This document shows, piece by piece, positions 18,025-27,906 of a stretch of 35,115 nt of DNA. Position numbers and translations under genes: made by a program. Source of the stretch: Bryobacterales bacterium. Its GTDB lineage: Bacteria > Acidobacteriota > Terriglobia > Bryobacterales > UBA6623. Location: positions 1 through 35,115 of the forward strand of contig JAJDWM010000743.1 in the NCBI GenBank assembly GCA_022825595.1, read 5' to 3'. Below the pieces are notes generated by a model. That model had not been told where the DNA came from. It saw only the letters and a list, made by a program, of their open reading frames with translations, and ran no database searches. Position 1 is the first letter of the stretch, and every line of letters starts with the position of its first letter.

Positions 18025-19734
18025 TCAGCCCTGCTCCCGGATCTCGGCCAGGGCGAAGCCGCGGATGCGCCGTTTGTCGAACTTTCCGGTCGCGATGCGC
18101 GGCAGCGGCGCCTGTGAGACCAGGATGTGAGCGGGGACCTCGAATCGCGCGACCCGTTCCCCGAGCGCGTCCCGCAAGGATGGCCCTGAGACGTCCGCTC
18201 CCGGGCGTGGCACGACCACCGCCGCCAGCTCCTCCCCCAAGCGGTCGTCGGGGATGCCGAGAGCCACGGCCTCGGCCACGCCCTGGCAGCGGTGCAGGGC
18301 GTCCTCGACCCGTAGGCAGCTGATGTTCTCGCCGCCCCTGATAACGATGTCCTTGATCCTGTCAACGAAGTGGACGAACCCCTCGCCGTCCTCGAAGGCC
18401 AGATCGCCGGTCCGGAACCAGCCGTCCCGGAAGGCCCTGCGATTAGCGCCGGGCCTGTTCCAGTACCTCCGCACGACCGGCGTTCCGCGCACCCAGACCT
18501 CGCCCGTTTCGCCGCGAGAAAGCTCTGCGCCATCCTCAGGACGGGCTATGCGCATGTCCATCAGAACGGAACGGCGGCCGCTGCTCGTCGGCACGCGCAA
18601 GTAGTCCGATCCGGCGATCTGCGTGCCGATCGCATTCGTCTCGGTCATGCCCCAGCCCGTGCTGGGCAGGGCATTGCGGAATGTCTCGGCGATCGCAGCC
18701 ACCTGGCTCACAGGCCGGTGGGAGCCTCCCCCGCCGACGTACAGCAGGCTCGGCAGGTCCCGGCGCAGGCTGGCCGCCTCCCGGACCAGGTCGCCGGTCA
18801 CCGTGGGAACGGAAATGAAGTGCGTGATGCGCTCGCCGTCAATCAGGTCGACGGCATGGCTGGGGTCCCACTTGCGCATCAGGGTAAGGCGCCGACCGTA
18901 GCGAAGACCCGTGAGCATGCAGACGTGGCAGGCCGTCACGTGGAAGAACGGGATCGTCACCAGCATGCGCTGCTGCGCATCGAACGGCTCGTTCACCACG
19001 GGCAGGCCCTGAAGGGCGGCCTGCGCGCGGTTCTCGATTTCCCACGCCATCAGGGCGTGCACAACGTTCCGGTGCGTCGAAACGGCGCCCTTGGGGCCGC
19101 CGGTCGACCCGGACGTGTACAGCATCATGCAGTTGTCGTCCGGCCCCACAGGCGGGTGCGGCAGCGGGCCGGAGCGCGACGCGGCCAAGGCGTCGCCCCA
19201 CGGCACGACGCGCCCGGACCGAAGCTCCGGGCAGCGCACGCCGATCGCCCGCACACCGAGGCCGGGCAAGTCCTCCTCGACACGGGCAAGCCGATCCCGG
19301 TCCGCGATCAGGACGGAAGCGCCGCAATTCTGCAGGCCGTCGGCGATCTCGTCGGCGCTCCACCAGCCGTTCAGCGAGACCGAGATCGCGCCCAGCGCCA
19401 TCGGGGCGAAGAGGGCCGCCGGCCATTCGGGCAGGTTTCGCATGCACACGGCAACGCGGTCGCCGCGGCGCACTCCAAGCCTCGCTAGAGCGCGCGCCAG
19501 CCTGGATGTCTGGTCGAGGACGTCGCCGAAGGTGTACGCCTCGCCCCGGTACCGAATGTACTCCAGCCCCGCAAAGCTCTCGGTCGCGGCAAGCAGGTCC
19601 AGCAGCGTGGACGGCGCGCCCCGGACGACCCGGTCGACGCCTCCCCCCGGCAGTGAGAGCTCACGGAGCTCATGAGAACCCCCCGCGCCTGTGAGGCGGT
19701 CAAGCTGCCGCAATCGGGCGAACTCGCGCGTCAC
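18025..19734 (-). CDS. Class I adenylate-forming enzyme (long-chain acyl-CoA ligase-like)
   Basis: YTSGSTGGPKG, GWGMTE, GWFRTGD, DRIKDIVIRGGENI, LPRIATGKFDK. Confidence 0.93.
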   Translation of the reverse strand: MTREFARLRQLDRLTGAGGSHELRELSLPGGGVDRVVRGAPSTLLDLLAATESFAGLEYIRYRGEAYTFGDVLDQTSRLARALARLGVRRGDRVAVCMRNLPEWPAALFAPMALGAISVSLNGWWSADEIADGLQNCGASVLIADRDRLARVEEDLPGLGVRAIGVRCPELRSGRVVPWGDALAASRSGPLPHPPVGPDDNCMMLYTSGSTGGPKGAVSTHRNVVHALMAWEIENRAQAALQGLPVVNEPFDAQQRMLVTIPFFHVTACHVCMLTGLRYGRRLTLMRKWDPSHAVDLIDGERITHFISVPTVTGDLVREAASLRRDLPSLLYVGGGGSHRPVSQVAAIAETFRNALPSTGWGMTETNAIGTQIAGSDYLRVPTSSGRRSVLMDMRIARPEDGAELSRGETGEVWVRGTPVVRRYWNRPGANRRAFRDGWFRTGDLAFEDGEGFVHFVDRIKDIVIRGGENISCLRVEDALHRCQGVAEAVALGIPDDRLGEELAAVVVPRPGADVSGPSLRDALGERVARFEVPAHILVSQAPLPRIATGKFDKRRIRGFALAEIREQG

Positions 19735-19794
19735 CGTGCGCCAGCCTCCCGTGCGCAGCGCGTGGCAAAGCCGCCCGGGTCCGGCGCGGCGCCC

Positions 19795-20655
19795 TCAAGC
19801 GGTGGCCGGCTCGTCCTCGACAACGTTCGACAGCGTCCCAATGCGCGAGATCTCGATTTCGATACGGTCCCCCGGCTTGAGGAAGACGGGCGGGTTGCGC
19901 GCCTTGCCGACCCCTCCCGTCGTGCCGGTGGAGATGACATCCCCGGGCCGCAGCGGAAAGATCCGCGAAATGTACTCGATGAGGTCGGGCACGTCGAAGA
20001 GCAGGTCCCTGGTCGGCGCCATCTGCATGACCTCCCCGTTCAGCCGTGTCTCCAGCCGCAGGTCGCCCGGATCCGGAATCTCGTCACACGTCACCAGCCA
20101 AGGCCCGAAGGCGCCGGAACGCCAGAAGTTCTTCCCGGCAGTGAACTGCGAGGTGTGCGCCTGATAATCCCGGATCGATCCGTCGTTGTAGCAGCTGTAG
20201 CCTGCCACGTAGCCTAGAGCCGCATCCCTGCGGACGTGGCGTCCCTGGCGGCCGATCACGACCGCAAGCTCGCCTTCGAAGTCATGCTGGCGCGAGAGCT
20301 TAGGACGTACGATCGCCTCCTCGTGGCCCACATGCGAGTCCGGAAAGCGCGTGAACAGCGTCGGATAGGCCGGCGGCTGGCGGCCTGTCTCCTCAATGTG
20401 GGACCGATAGTTCAGGCCTACGCACAAGATCCGCCCAGGGCTCGGCACGGGAGGCTGCAGCACCACGTCCGCGATCGCGTGGTCGGGTCCGAGCCCGGTC
20501 GCCAGCTCCCGCAGCCTTTCCAGCGCTCCATGGCGCAGCACGGACAGCAGGTCTGGCCAGAGGCGACCGTGGCGAACTCCAAGGTCGACAATCCCGCCGC
20601 CGGCCAGGGCGCCGTAGCTGCGGGACTCGCCTAGCCGGAAACTGGCCAGCTTCAC
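19795..20655 (-). CDS. Fumarylacetoacetate hydrolase family protein
   Basis: Start GTG 20655 (MKLASF); ILCVGLNY..H, DFEGELAVVIG, YNDGSIRD.Q, GKNF, PGDVISTGT.GGVG. Confidence 0.93.
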   Translation of the reverse strand: MKLASFRLGESRSYGALAGGGIVDLGVRHGRLWPDLLSVLRHGALERLRELATGLGPDHAIADVVLQPPVPSPGRILCVGLNYRSHIEETGRQPPAYPTLFTRFPDSHVGHEEAIVRPKLSRQHDFEGELAVVIGRQGRHVRRDAALGYVAGYSCYNDGSIRDYQAHTSQFTAGKNFWRSGAFGPWLVTCDEIPDPGDLRLETRLNGEVMQMAPTRDLLFDVPDLIEYISRIFPLRPGDVISTGTTGGVGKARNPPVFLKPGDRIEIEISRIGTLSNVVEDEPATA

Positions 20656-20702
20656 CGCTCGCAGGCCGCCCGCCGCGCCGCCCAGCCCTTCCCGGCCCCG
20701 GC

Positions 20703-22103
20703 TCAGTCCTCCTCGGGGTAGAGGACAAACTCCGGATAGGCCTCGATGCCCAGTTCCCCGACGTCCTGGCCGTGGGCCTCGACGCCCGCGGAGACGCGTG
20801 CGCCCATCGTGTGCTTGAGCCCGAGCCAGAACAGCATCGAGAGGCCGAACGCATACGCAGCAATCGCCAGAATCCCGACGAGCTGCACGACAAGATCGCC
20901 GCCGGCCGCAATGCAGACGGCGAGCGTGCCCCACACGCCGCAAATCAGGTGGGCCGGAACGGCGCCCACCACATCGTCAACCTTCATCTGCTCGAGGAAC
21001 TTCATACCGGCCACGCACAGCACGCCGCCGACGGCTCCGATGACCACCGCCCAGTAGTGCTCCGTGATGTCCGGGGCAGCGGTGATCGACACCAGCCCGG
21101 CGATCGTGCCGTTAAGCCCGGCCATCAGGTCGACCCTGCCCAGGATCGGCCGCGACACGAGGATGGCGGTGAGCACTCCGGCGGCCGCCGCGAGGTTGGT
21201 GTTCGCGAAGATGTTGCTGACGGCCACGGCGTCGACCGCACCGCCAAGGGCCAGCTGGGACCCGCCGTTGAAGCCGAACCAGCCCAGCCAGAGGATGAAC
21301 ACGCCGAGGGTGACGCCGGGCACGTTCGACGGTGGCGTGGCCTTGACGCTCCCATCGGTCCGGAACTTCCCCTTGCGTGGCCCTACCACGAGTGCGCCAG
21401 CAAGGGCAGCCCAGCCTCCCGTGCTGTGGACGATGGTCGATCCGGCAAAGTCCATGAAGCCCATTTCGGCGAGCCAGCCGCCGCCCCACGTCCAAGCGCC
21501 GATGACGGGGTAGATGAAGGCCGTCATGACCGCGACGAACACGAAGAACGACCAGAGCTTGACCCGCTCGGCTAACGTGCCTGACACGATCGAGGCGGTC
21601 GTGGCGACGAAGACCATCTGGAAGAACCACATGGACATCTGTGCCGCACCGGTCCCGAGGACCGCCTCCGCAGCCCCCTCCTGGCCGCCCAAGAGGCCGA
21701 CCTCGTCCGCCGTCGTGCCGAACAGCAAGCGGACCTGTCCGAGCCAGCCGCCCGCTTCGACGCCGGTGTACATCAGGTTGTAGCCGATCAGGTAGAAAGT
21801 CAGTCCCGCGATTGAGTAGAGGCCGATGTTCTTCAGGCAGATCATCGAGGCGTTCTTCGTTCGCACGGACCCGGCCTCCAGCATCGTGAACCCAGCCGCC
21901 ATCCACATCACCAAGGCGCCCCAGATCAAGAATGCGAATGTGTTCAGCACGAACTGGGACTCGCCGTCGACGGCCGCGCGGGCCTCCACAGGTGCGGCTG
22001 CCAGCGCCGTGAGCAGCGCGGCGGCGACTCCAGCAGCGCGGGCCAGCCGGCGCATCGAGCCCCAAGCCAACGTGAGCAGTCGATAGGTCGTTCCTTCGTT
22101 CAT
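20703..22103 (-). CDS. amtB: Ammonium transporter (Amt)
   Basis: ATG 22103 with AGGAGG RBS; GFTMLEAG.VR.KN, FFQMVF, DFAGSTIVH, ILWLGWFGFNGGS, VDDVVGA.PAH (both pore histidines present). Confidence 0.95.
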   Translation of the reverse strand: MNEGTTYRLLTLAWGSMRRLARAAGVAAALLTALAAAPVEARAAVDGESQFVLNTFAFLIWGALVMWMAAGFTMLEAGSVRTKNASMICLKNIGLYSIAGLTFYLIGYNLMYTGVEAGGWLGQVRLLFGTTADEVGLLGGQEGAAEAVLGTGAAQMSMWFFQMVFVATTASIVSGTLAERVKLWSFFVFVAVMTAFIYPVIGAWTWGGGWLAEMGFMDFAGSTIVHSTGGWAALAGALVVGPRKGKFRTDGSVKATPPSNVPGVTLGVFILWLGWFGFNGGSQLALGGAVDAVAVSNIFANTNLAAAAGVLTAILVSRPILGRVDLMAGLNGTIAGLVSITAAPDITEHYWAVVIGAVGGVLCVAGMKFLEQMKVDDVVGAVPAHLICGVWGTLAVCIAAGGDLVVQLVGILAIAAYAFGLSMLFWLGLKHTMGARVSAGVEAHGQDVGELGIEAYPEFVLYPEED

Positions 22104-22439
22104 CGATGTCCTCCTGCTTCCATTCGATCCCACGGTGCCCGCCAACGCGGCGGCGGAAAGAACATGGTCGCCTAGACTTTAGCAATCATTGCCGACGCGA
22201 GCGGGCGGCCGTTCTCTCCGCACAGCTGACAGCGGCCCGGCAACGGCCGCCCAAGACGGCGGCCCCCCAGCAGTGCGGCGCGGGCCCGGCAATGTTAGCA
22301 TCCTATAAGCAGCGAGCCGGAAGATGCGCGCCCGCACAGACCTTGCACGAAACCGGGTCGGCCAGCCTGCCTTTCCGAAGGGAGCACGCCCGCCCGCCAG
22401 TTCCGCGCCCATCAACCAATCCTTCGCCATGAGGTAGCC

Positions 22440-23624
22440 TTGGTCAGACGATCAGTCACTTTGTCCGCCAAACCCCACCGAATTCTGGTGGTCGACGACG
22501 AACCGGACTTGGAGCGCCTCGTGCGCCAGCGCATGCGCCGCGACGTCCGCGCCGGCCGGTACGTGCTGGACTTCGCCCGAAACGGGATCGAGGCCCTCGA
22601 GAAGCTCAAGAGAGAGGACGCCTTCGACATGGTCCTCTCGGACATCAACATGCCGCTCATGGACGGGCTGACCCTGCTGCAGCAGATCCCGAACGTCAGC
22701 CCGGACGTGCGAGCCGTCATCGTGTCGGCCTACGGCGACATGCGCAACATCCGCATCGCGATGAACCGCGGCGCTTTCGACTTCATCACGAAGCCGATCG
22801 ACTTCAAAGACCTGCGCGTCACAATCGCGCGCACGCTGAAGAACTTGGAGGAATGGCGAGAGGCACTCCGGTCCCGTGACCGATTGGTCGTGCTGGAGAA
22901 CGAGCTGGAGGTGGCGCGCAGAATGCAGAAGTCGATTCTGCCCACCGAGTTCCCAGATCACCCGGGTGTGGGAATCTACGCCAATATGCAGCCCGCCCGG
23001 GCAATAGGCGGAGACTTCTACGACGTGGCCAACCTTAGTGGCGGACAGTTCGGCGTCGCAATCGCCGATGTTTCCGGCAAGGGGATTCCAGCGGCCCTGT
23101 TCATGATGTCCAGCCGAACACTCCTTAAGGGAGCGGCCGTCGGCGGATCCACCTCTGCCGAAGTGCTTCAGGAGACGAATCGGGTCCTGAGCCGCGACAA
23201 TGCATCCATGATGTTCGTCACGCTGCTCTACGCGGTGTGCGACGCGGCCACTGGGGAGTTCAGCTATGCCTCCGGCGGACACGAACCGCCGCTGCTGGTG
23301 CGGGCCGACGGAGAGTGCAACTTCCTCCCCCTGACGGACGGTCTCGCCTTGGGGGTGATGGAAGACTTCGATTACTCGGCGAGCCGCGCGCGGCTCGAGC
23401 CCGGCGACACCATGGTGCTGTACACCGACGGCGTCACGGACGCGCAGAACCAGGCAGGCGAGCACTTCGGCGCGGAACGTCTGTGGGACCTCTTCAACGA
23501 CGCGCCGCCCGCCGATGAGAAGGACGCCGTCGATCGAATCTTCGGCGCCGTCCGAGAGTTCTCCACGCATGCGGAGCAGTTCGACGACATCACGTGCGTT
23601 GCGGTCTCCCGGAGGGCCTGCTGA
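22440..23624 (+). CDS. Response regulator: REC domain fused to SpoIIE/RsbU-type PP2C phosphatase
   Basis: REC: ILVVDDEP, LSDINMP, SAY, FITKP. PP2C: GGDFYD, IADVSGKG, YTDGVTD, DDIT. Confidence 0.94.
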   Translation: MVRRSVTLSAKPHRILVVDDEPDLERLVRQRMRRDVRAGRYVLDFARNGIEALEKLKREDAFDMVLSDINMPLMDGLTLLQQIPNVSPDVRAVIVSAYGDMRNIRIAMNRGAFDFITKPIDFKDLRVTIARTLKNLEEWREALRSRDRLVVLENELEVARRMQKSILPTEFPDHPGVGIYANMQPARAIGGDFYDVANLSGGQFGVAIADVSGKGIPAALFMMSSRTLLKGAAVGGSTSAEVLQETNRVLSRDNASMMFVTLLYAVCDAATGEFSYASGGHEPPLLVRADGECNFLPLTDGLALGVMEDFDYSASRARLEPGDTMVLYTDGVTDAQNQAGEHFGAERLWDLFNDAPPADEKDAVDRIFGAVREFSTHAEQFDDITCVAVSRRAC

Positions 23625-23626
23625 CC

Positions 23627-24043
23627 GTGGCCGCGACCATCAAGCTGACGCTGCCAACGCAGATCTCCGCGCTACGGCAGATGGAGGAGGCGGTGGAAGC
23701 CTTCGGCGCGCAGGAGGACTGGCCCCCTCGGCTGGCGTTCCAGATGCAGCTTGTCCTCGAAGAGCTGGCATCCAACGTCATCCGCCACGGCTTCGGGGAA
23801 GAGGGGCACGAGTTCGAGATCTCAGTCTCCTCGGATCCGGAGGCGGTCACCGTCGAAGTCGTCGATGCCGCGCCACCGTACAACCCGATCACGGAGACCC
23901 CGGAACCGGATTTGGACGCAGAGTTGGAAGACCGCCAGATCGGCGGGCTCGGCGTGTTCCTGGTACGCGACGTGGCGGATGAGATGAGCTACCGCCGAGA
24001 GGACGGCAAGAACCGCCTGGTCATCGTCAAGCGGAGGGATTGA
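23627..24043 (+). CDS. RsbW/SpoIIAB-like anti-sigma factor Ser/Thr kinase (HATPase_c_2)
   Basis: GTG 23627 with GGAGGG upstream; EELASNVIRHG N-box, VVDAAPPYNP, RQIGGLGVFLV, DEMSYRRE.GKNRL. Confidence 0.92.
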   Translation: MAATIKLTLPTQISALRQMEEAVEAFGAQEDWPPRLAFQMQLVLEELASNVIRHGFGEEGHEFEISVSSDPEAVTVEVVDAAPPYNPITETPEPDLDAELEDRQIGGLGVFLVRDVADEMSYRREDGKNRLVIVKRRD

Positions 24044-25218
24044 TGCGGCGCTGCTGGCTCGCGGCGCTGGTGTGGGCGCTGGCCTGGGGTCCTGAGGGCG
24101 GGGGCATCGCCCGTGCGCAGGACGACGGCGTCACCGAGGACTCCATCCTCTTCGGACAGTCGGCGGCTTTTAGCGGGCCCACGGGACTGCTGGGAACGGA
24201 CTACCGGGCAGGTGTGCTCGCCGCCTTTGCCGAAGCCAACGCCCGCGGGGGCGTCCACGGGCGACGGCTTGATCTGCTCTCGCTGGACGACGGCTATGAG
24301 CCCGAAGAGGCGATCAACAACACCCACAGGCTGCTCGACGAGGAGCGCGTCTTTGCCCTGATCGCCTACGTGGGTTCGCCGACTGCGCGCGCCACCGTCC
24401 CCATCGCGGCCGCCCAGGACGTGCCCTTCGTCGCCCCGCTCACTGGGGCGGCGTTCCTGCGCGACGAGCAATGGACGAACGTCGTCAACCTGAGGGCCTC
24501 GTATGCCCAAGAAATGGCCGAGATCGTGGAGAGGCTAGTCCTAGATTTGGGCATCGTGCGGATCGGAGTGCTCTACCAGGACGATTCGTTCGGCCTTGCA
24601 GGCCTGACGGGAGTGGAGGACGCGCTCGCCAAGAGAGGGCTGGCGACGGTCGCGCGCGCCGTGTACCCGCGCAACACCTCGGCGATCAAGACGGGCGTTC
24701 TAGAGCTGCGCGAGGCCGACCCCCAGGCCGTCCTGCTGATCGGCGCCTACAGCCCGGTCGCGACGGCAGTCGCCTGGTCACGCCACCTCGGCATGGATGC
24801 CGTGTTCGCTACCACGTCATTCGTCGGAGGGAACGCCCTTATCGACCGGTTGCGCAGCTTCGGGCAGTTCGGGCTCTACGTCACCCAGGTCATTCCTTCG
24901 CCAACGTCCGACTCGCTCGCGGCGCGGCAGTACCGGCGGGCGATGGCGGCCCACTCATCCGGCGTAAAGCCGGGATTCGTGTCCTTCGAAGGCTATCTGG
25001 CGGGACGGCTCGCAATTGAGGGTCTGGAACGCTCGGGACAGGCGGTTGACCGCGTGGTGTTCCTTGAAAACCTGCTGGACGGCGAGCCATTCAACCTGGG
25101 AGGTGTCCGGCTGAGCTTCTCTGCGCGCCGCAACCAAGGCTCGGACCGGGTGTATGTCAACCTGATCGCGGAGAATGGGCAGATCCGCACGGTCCAGACA
25201 CTGGCGGAGGATCCCTAG
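24043..25218 (+). CDS. Periplasmic substrate-binding protein, LIV/branched-chain amino acid type (orphan, no permease)
   Basis: Signal peptide; GQSAAFSGP, NARGGVHGRR, DDGYEP, VFALI..VGSPT, RASY, YQDDSFG, FEGYLAG. ATG overlaps the upstream stop (TGATG). Confidence 0.92.
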   Translation: MRRCWLAALVWALAWGPEGGGIARAQDDGVTEDSILFGQSAAFSGPTGLLGTDYRAGVLAAFAEANARGGVHGRRLDLLSLDDGYEPEEAINNTHRLLDEERVFALIAYVGSPTARATVPIAAAQDVPFVAPLTGAAFLRDEQWTNVVNLRASYAQEMAEIVERLVLDLGIVRIGVLYQDDSFGLAGLTGVEDALAKRGLATVARAVYPRNTSAIKTGVLELREADPQAVLLIGAYSPVATAVAWSRHLGMDAVFATTSFVGGNALIDRLRSFGQFGLYVTQVIPSPTSDSLAARQYRRAMAAHSSGVKPGFVSFEGYLAGRLAIEGLERSGQAVDRVVFLENLLDGEPFNLGGVRLSFSARRNQGSDRVYVNLIAENGQIRTVQTLAEDP

Positions 25219-25226
25219 GCCGACCG

Positions 25227-27416
25227 ATGGAGAAGGCGAGCGCGATGTTCGGGTCCATCAAGGCGCAACTGTCTCGCCGTCGGCTGGTCCGCGTCCGCCG
25301 GAGCATCGCTGTACAGCTGTACGTCGGCCTCGGCGGTGCTGTCGCCGTCACGCTGGCGGCCAGCGCGGTGGGCTGGATGACCTTCAACCAGGTTGGGAAC
25401 GAGCAGGCCCGGGTCAACGACCGAAACGTTCCGGACATGGCCGCCGCGTTCACGGTTGCACAGCGCATCGGTGCACTCGTGGACACCGCCCCCCGGCTGA
25501 CCGTGGCCTCGAGCGAGGCGGAGTTCGAGTCTGTGCGCGCCGAGATCGGGCGCGAGCGCGAGGCTTTCGAGGCACGCCTGGACGAACTGGGCGAGAGGCG
25601 CGGTCAGAGCGAGGGCGTCCGCCGTGTCCGCGTGTGGGGTCGTGCCATGACCACCAACATTGAGGCGATCGAGCAGTCCGAGATCGAGCTGTTGCGCCTG
25701 GGCGGCACGCTCGATGCACAGAGGGAGCAGATCCGCACGGTCAGCGGTCGCCTGTCCCAGCAGCTGGAGACCTTGGTCGATGACCAGTTCTTCTTTGCCA
25801 TGACCGGCTACCGGGACCTCGAATCGCCGCCGATGGAACGCTCAGTGCCTTTCCTCGATTCGGAGCTGGACCGCTTCCGTCAGATCGCGGCCCTCAAGGA
25901 GGGGGCCGCCATTGGCGACCAAATCCTGGCGAGCCTCTTCAGCGTCTCGCACGCGGACCGCGTGATCCCGCTCCGGGAGCGCTACGAAGCGGCCTCCAGC
26001 CAGATCGGCCGAAGCCTCGCGGCCCTCGCAGACGACGAGCGCAGCCAAGCGGTGGCCGCCAACTTCGAGGAACTGTTCAACCTGACCTTCACTTCCGGCG
26101 GCGTGTTCGAGACGCGCTCTGAACAGCTCGAGATGGAAACACGGCAGGCTGAGCTGCTCGCGGAGAACCGTGAGGTTGCCTCCAACCTGATCACGGAGAT
26201 CGAGTCGTTGGTGTCCGTGCTCAGCAGCGGAACGCTGGCATCGACTCGCTCCAGTTCCGAGACAGTGCGGACAGGGCGCAATTTGCTGCTTGCCATGAAC
26301 CTCTTCAGCGTTGCAAGCGCAGTCATGATCGGCTGGCTCTTCATCGGGCGCCATCTGCTCTCGCGTCTGGAGCGCCTCTCAACGCGCATGCGGCGCATGG
26401 CCATGGGTGACCTCGAGTCCAAGGTCGAGCGCGAAGGGACGGACGAGATCGCCGAGATGGCAGAGGCGCTGGAAGTCTTCCGCCGGCACTCCCTGGAGGT
26501 ACAGCGGCTGAACTTGGTGGAGGAACTCGCCGAAGACCTCAGCGACAAGAACGCCAAGCTGGAGTCGGCGCTGGCGGACCTGCGCAAGGCGCAGGACCAG
26601 ATCGTGATGCGCGAGAAGCTGGCCGCGCTCGGCGAACTCACGGCCGGTGTGGCCCACGAGATCAAGAATCCTCTGAACTTCGTCAAGAATTTCGCCGAGG
26701 TCTCCGAAGAGCTCCTTGAGGAGCTTCAAGAACTGCTCCCTGACCCGGGCGAGCCCGTGGAAGAAGAGGACCAGGAGGAGGTCGACGACCTGATGGACGA
26801 TCTGGCCGGCAACCTGCAGCTCATTCGCCAGCACGGCGAGCGCGCGGACGCGATCGTCCGCGACATGCTGATGATGGGCCGCGGGTCCGACGAGAAACGA
26901 CCGACGAACCTCAACAGCCTTGTCCGGGAGCACGCCAATCTGGCCTACCACAGCGCCCGGGCCACCGATGCGGACTTCCAGCTGCACATCGAGCAGGACT
27001 ACGACGAGCGTCTGGACACGACCGAGGTCGAAGTCGTGCCCCAGGATGTAGGGCGTGTTGTGCTGAACATGGTCGGCAACGCCTGCCACGCGACCGACGA
27101 CAAGCGGCGGTCGGGAGTGGAGATGTACCTGCCGACCCTTCAGCTCAGCACGCGACTGGACACCGACAAGGTGCAGATCCGCATCAGGGACAACGGCTGC
27201 GGAATGCCGGACGATGTGGTCGAGAAGATCTTCAACCCGTTCTTCACCACCAAGCCGACCGACAAGGGCACTGGGCTCGGGCTGGCGCTGTCGAACGACA
27301 TCGTGCGCAAGCACGGCGGCCGGATTCTGGTCGACACGGAACCCGGCGAGGGCACACAGATGACCGTGGAAATTCCAACCGCGCCGGGGTCAGCGGGCCC
27401 GGCGCTTGACGCGTAG
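25227..27416 (+). CDS. Membrane sensor histidine kinase with large helical periplasmic domain (TorS-like), HAMP, HisKA and HATPase
   Basis: Two TM helices flank a ~300-aa helical domain; HAMP (..GDL......GTDEIAEMAEAL..FR); GVAHEIKNPLN; NMVGNACHA; DNGCGM; FNPFFTTK; GTGLGL. TorS similarity is judged from recalled pattern only. Confidence 0.9.
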   Translation: MEKASAMFGSIKAQLSRRRLVRVRRSIAVQLYVGLGGAVAVTLAASAVGWMTFNQVGNEQARVNDRNVPDMAAAFTVAQRIGALVDTAPRLTVASSEAEFESVRAEIGREREAFEARLDELGERRGQSEGVRRVRVWGRAMTTNIEAIEQSEIELLRLGGTLDAQREQIRTVSGRLSQQLETLVDDQFFFAMTGYRDLESPPMERSVPFLDSELDRFRQIAALKEGAAIGDQILASLFSVSHADRVIPLRERYEAASSQIGRSLAALADDERSQAVAANFEELFNLTFTSGGVFETRSEQLEMETRQAELLAENREVASNLITEIESLVSVLSSGTLASTRSSSETVRTGRNLLLAMNLFSVASAVMIGWLFIGRHLLSRLERLSTRMRRMAMGDLESKVEREGTDEIAEMAEALEVFRRHSLEVQRLNLVEELAEDLSDKNAKLESALADLRKAQDQIVMREKLAALGELTAGVAHEIKNPLNFVKNFAEVSEELLEELQELLPDPGEPVEEEDQEEVDDLMDDLAGNLQLIRQHGERADAIVRDMLMMGRGSDEKRPTNLNSLVREHANLAYHSARATDADFQLHIEQDYDERLDTTEVEVVPQDVGRVVLNMVGNACHATDDKRRSGVEMYLPTLQLSTRLDTDKVQIRIRDNGCGMPDDVVEKIFNPFFTTKPTDKGTGLGLALSNDIVRKHGGRILVDTEPGEGTQMTVEIPTAPGSAGPALDA

Positions 27417-27430
27417 GTCGAACGCCGCCC

Positions 27431-27769
27431 TCAGGAGGAGACTCTGGCCACCGCGGCGTCCCGGCTGCCGAACAGCGGGATGATCTTCTCAAAGCCGCTG
27501 ATCGCAAAGACCTCGCGGATCGGATGTCCCAAGCCGCACATGGCAAAGCGCTTGCCCTGACTCTTGAGGCTCTTGCGGACCAGCAGCACGGCGCGCAGGC
27601 CGGCACTGCTGATGTAGGCGAGACCCTCGCAGTCGACCACCATCCCGCGGTCAGCGCCTCCGGCCAGTCGCATGAGCGTCCGCTCGAATTCCCTGGCATT
27701 CGTGCTGTCCACGCGTGTGCAGGCTTCCGCGATCACCACGTCTCCCGACCGAGTGGTTTCGAGTTCCAT
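27431..27769 (-). CDS. STAS-domain anti-sigma factor antagonist (RsbV/SpoIIAA-like)
   Basis: 112 aa; RVDSTNA, VVDC..L.YISSAGLR (phosphorylatable Ser), EVFAISGF; AAGGAG RBS. Confidence 0.93.
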   Translation of the reverse strand: MELETTRSGDVVIAEACTRVDSTNAREFERTLMRLAGGADRGMVVDCEGLAYISSAGLRAVLLVRKSLKSQGKRFAMCGLGHPIREVFAISGFEKIIPLFGSRDAAVARVSS

Positions 27770-27847
27770 CTTCCGTGTCTCCTTGGATCCTTGGGCCTGG
27801 CGGCTACGCTGTCCCCGGGCGCTGGGCTGTCGGCTCAGCGCCTAAAC

Positions 27848-27860
27848 AGGTATAGCAGAT
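27848..27860 (-). promoter_or_regulatory. Motif ATCTGCTATACCT upstream of first STAS gene
   Basis: 12/13 identical to the motif upstream of the second STAS gene; resembles an extended -10 (TGnTATACC). Confidence 0.45.
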
Positions 27861-27906
27861 CGCGCGCCGCGCCTCAGCCAGACCTTCCAACAACGGCAAA
27901 GCAGCG

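Noticed and set aside
20656-20943. N-terminal extension of the FAH ORF
   Set aside because: Off-frame overlap with the amt 3' end; the family N-terminus begins at GTG 20655.
22104-22439. Sigma-54 promoter or NtrC site upstream of amt
   Set aside because: Candidates fail the consensus: GG-N8-GC spacing instead of N10, and CCGCAC rather than TGGCAC at 22332-22347.
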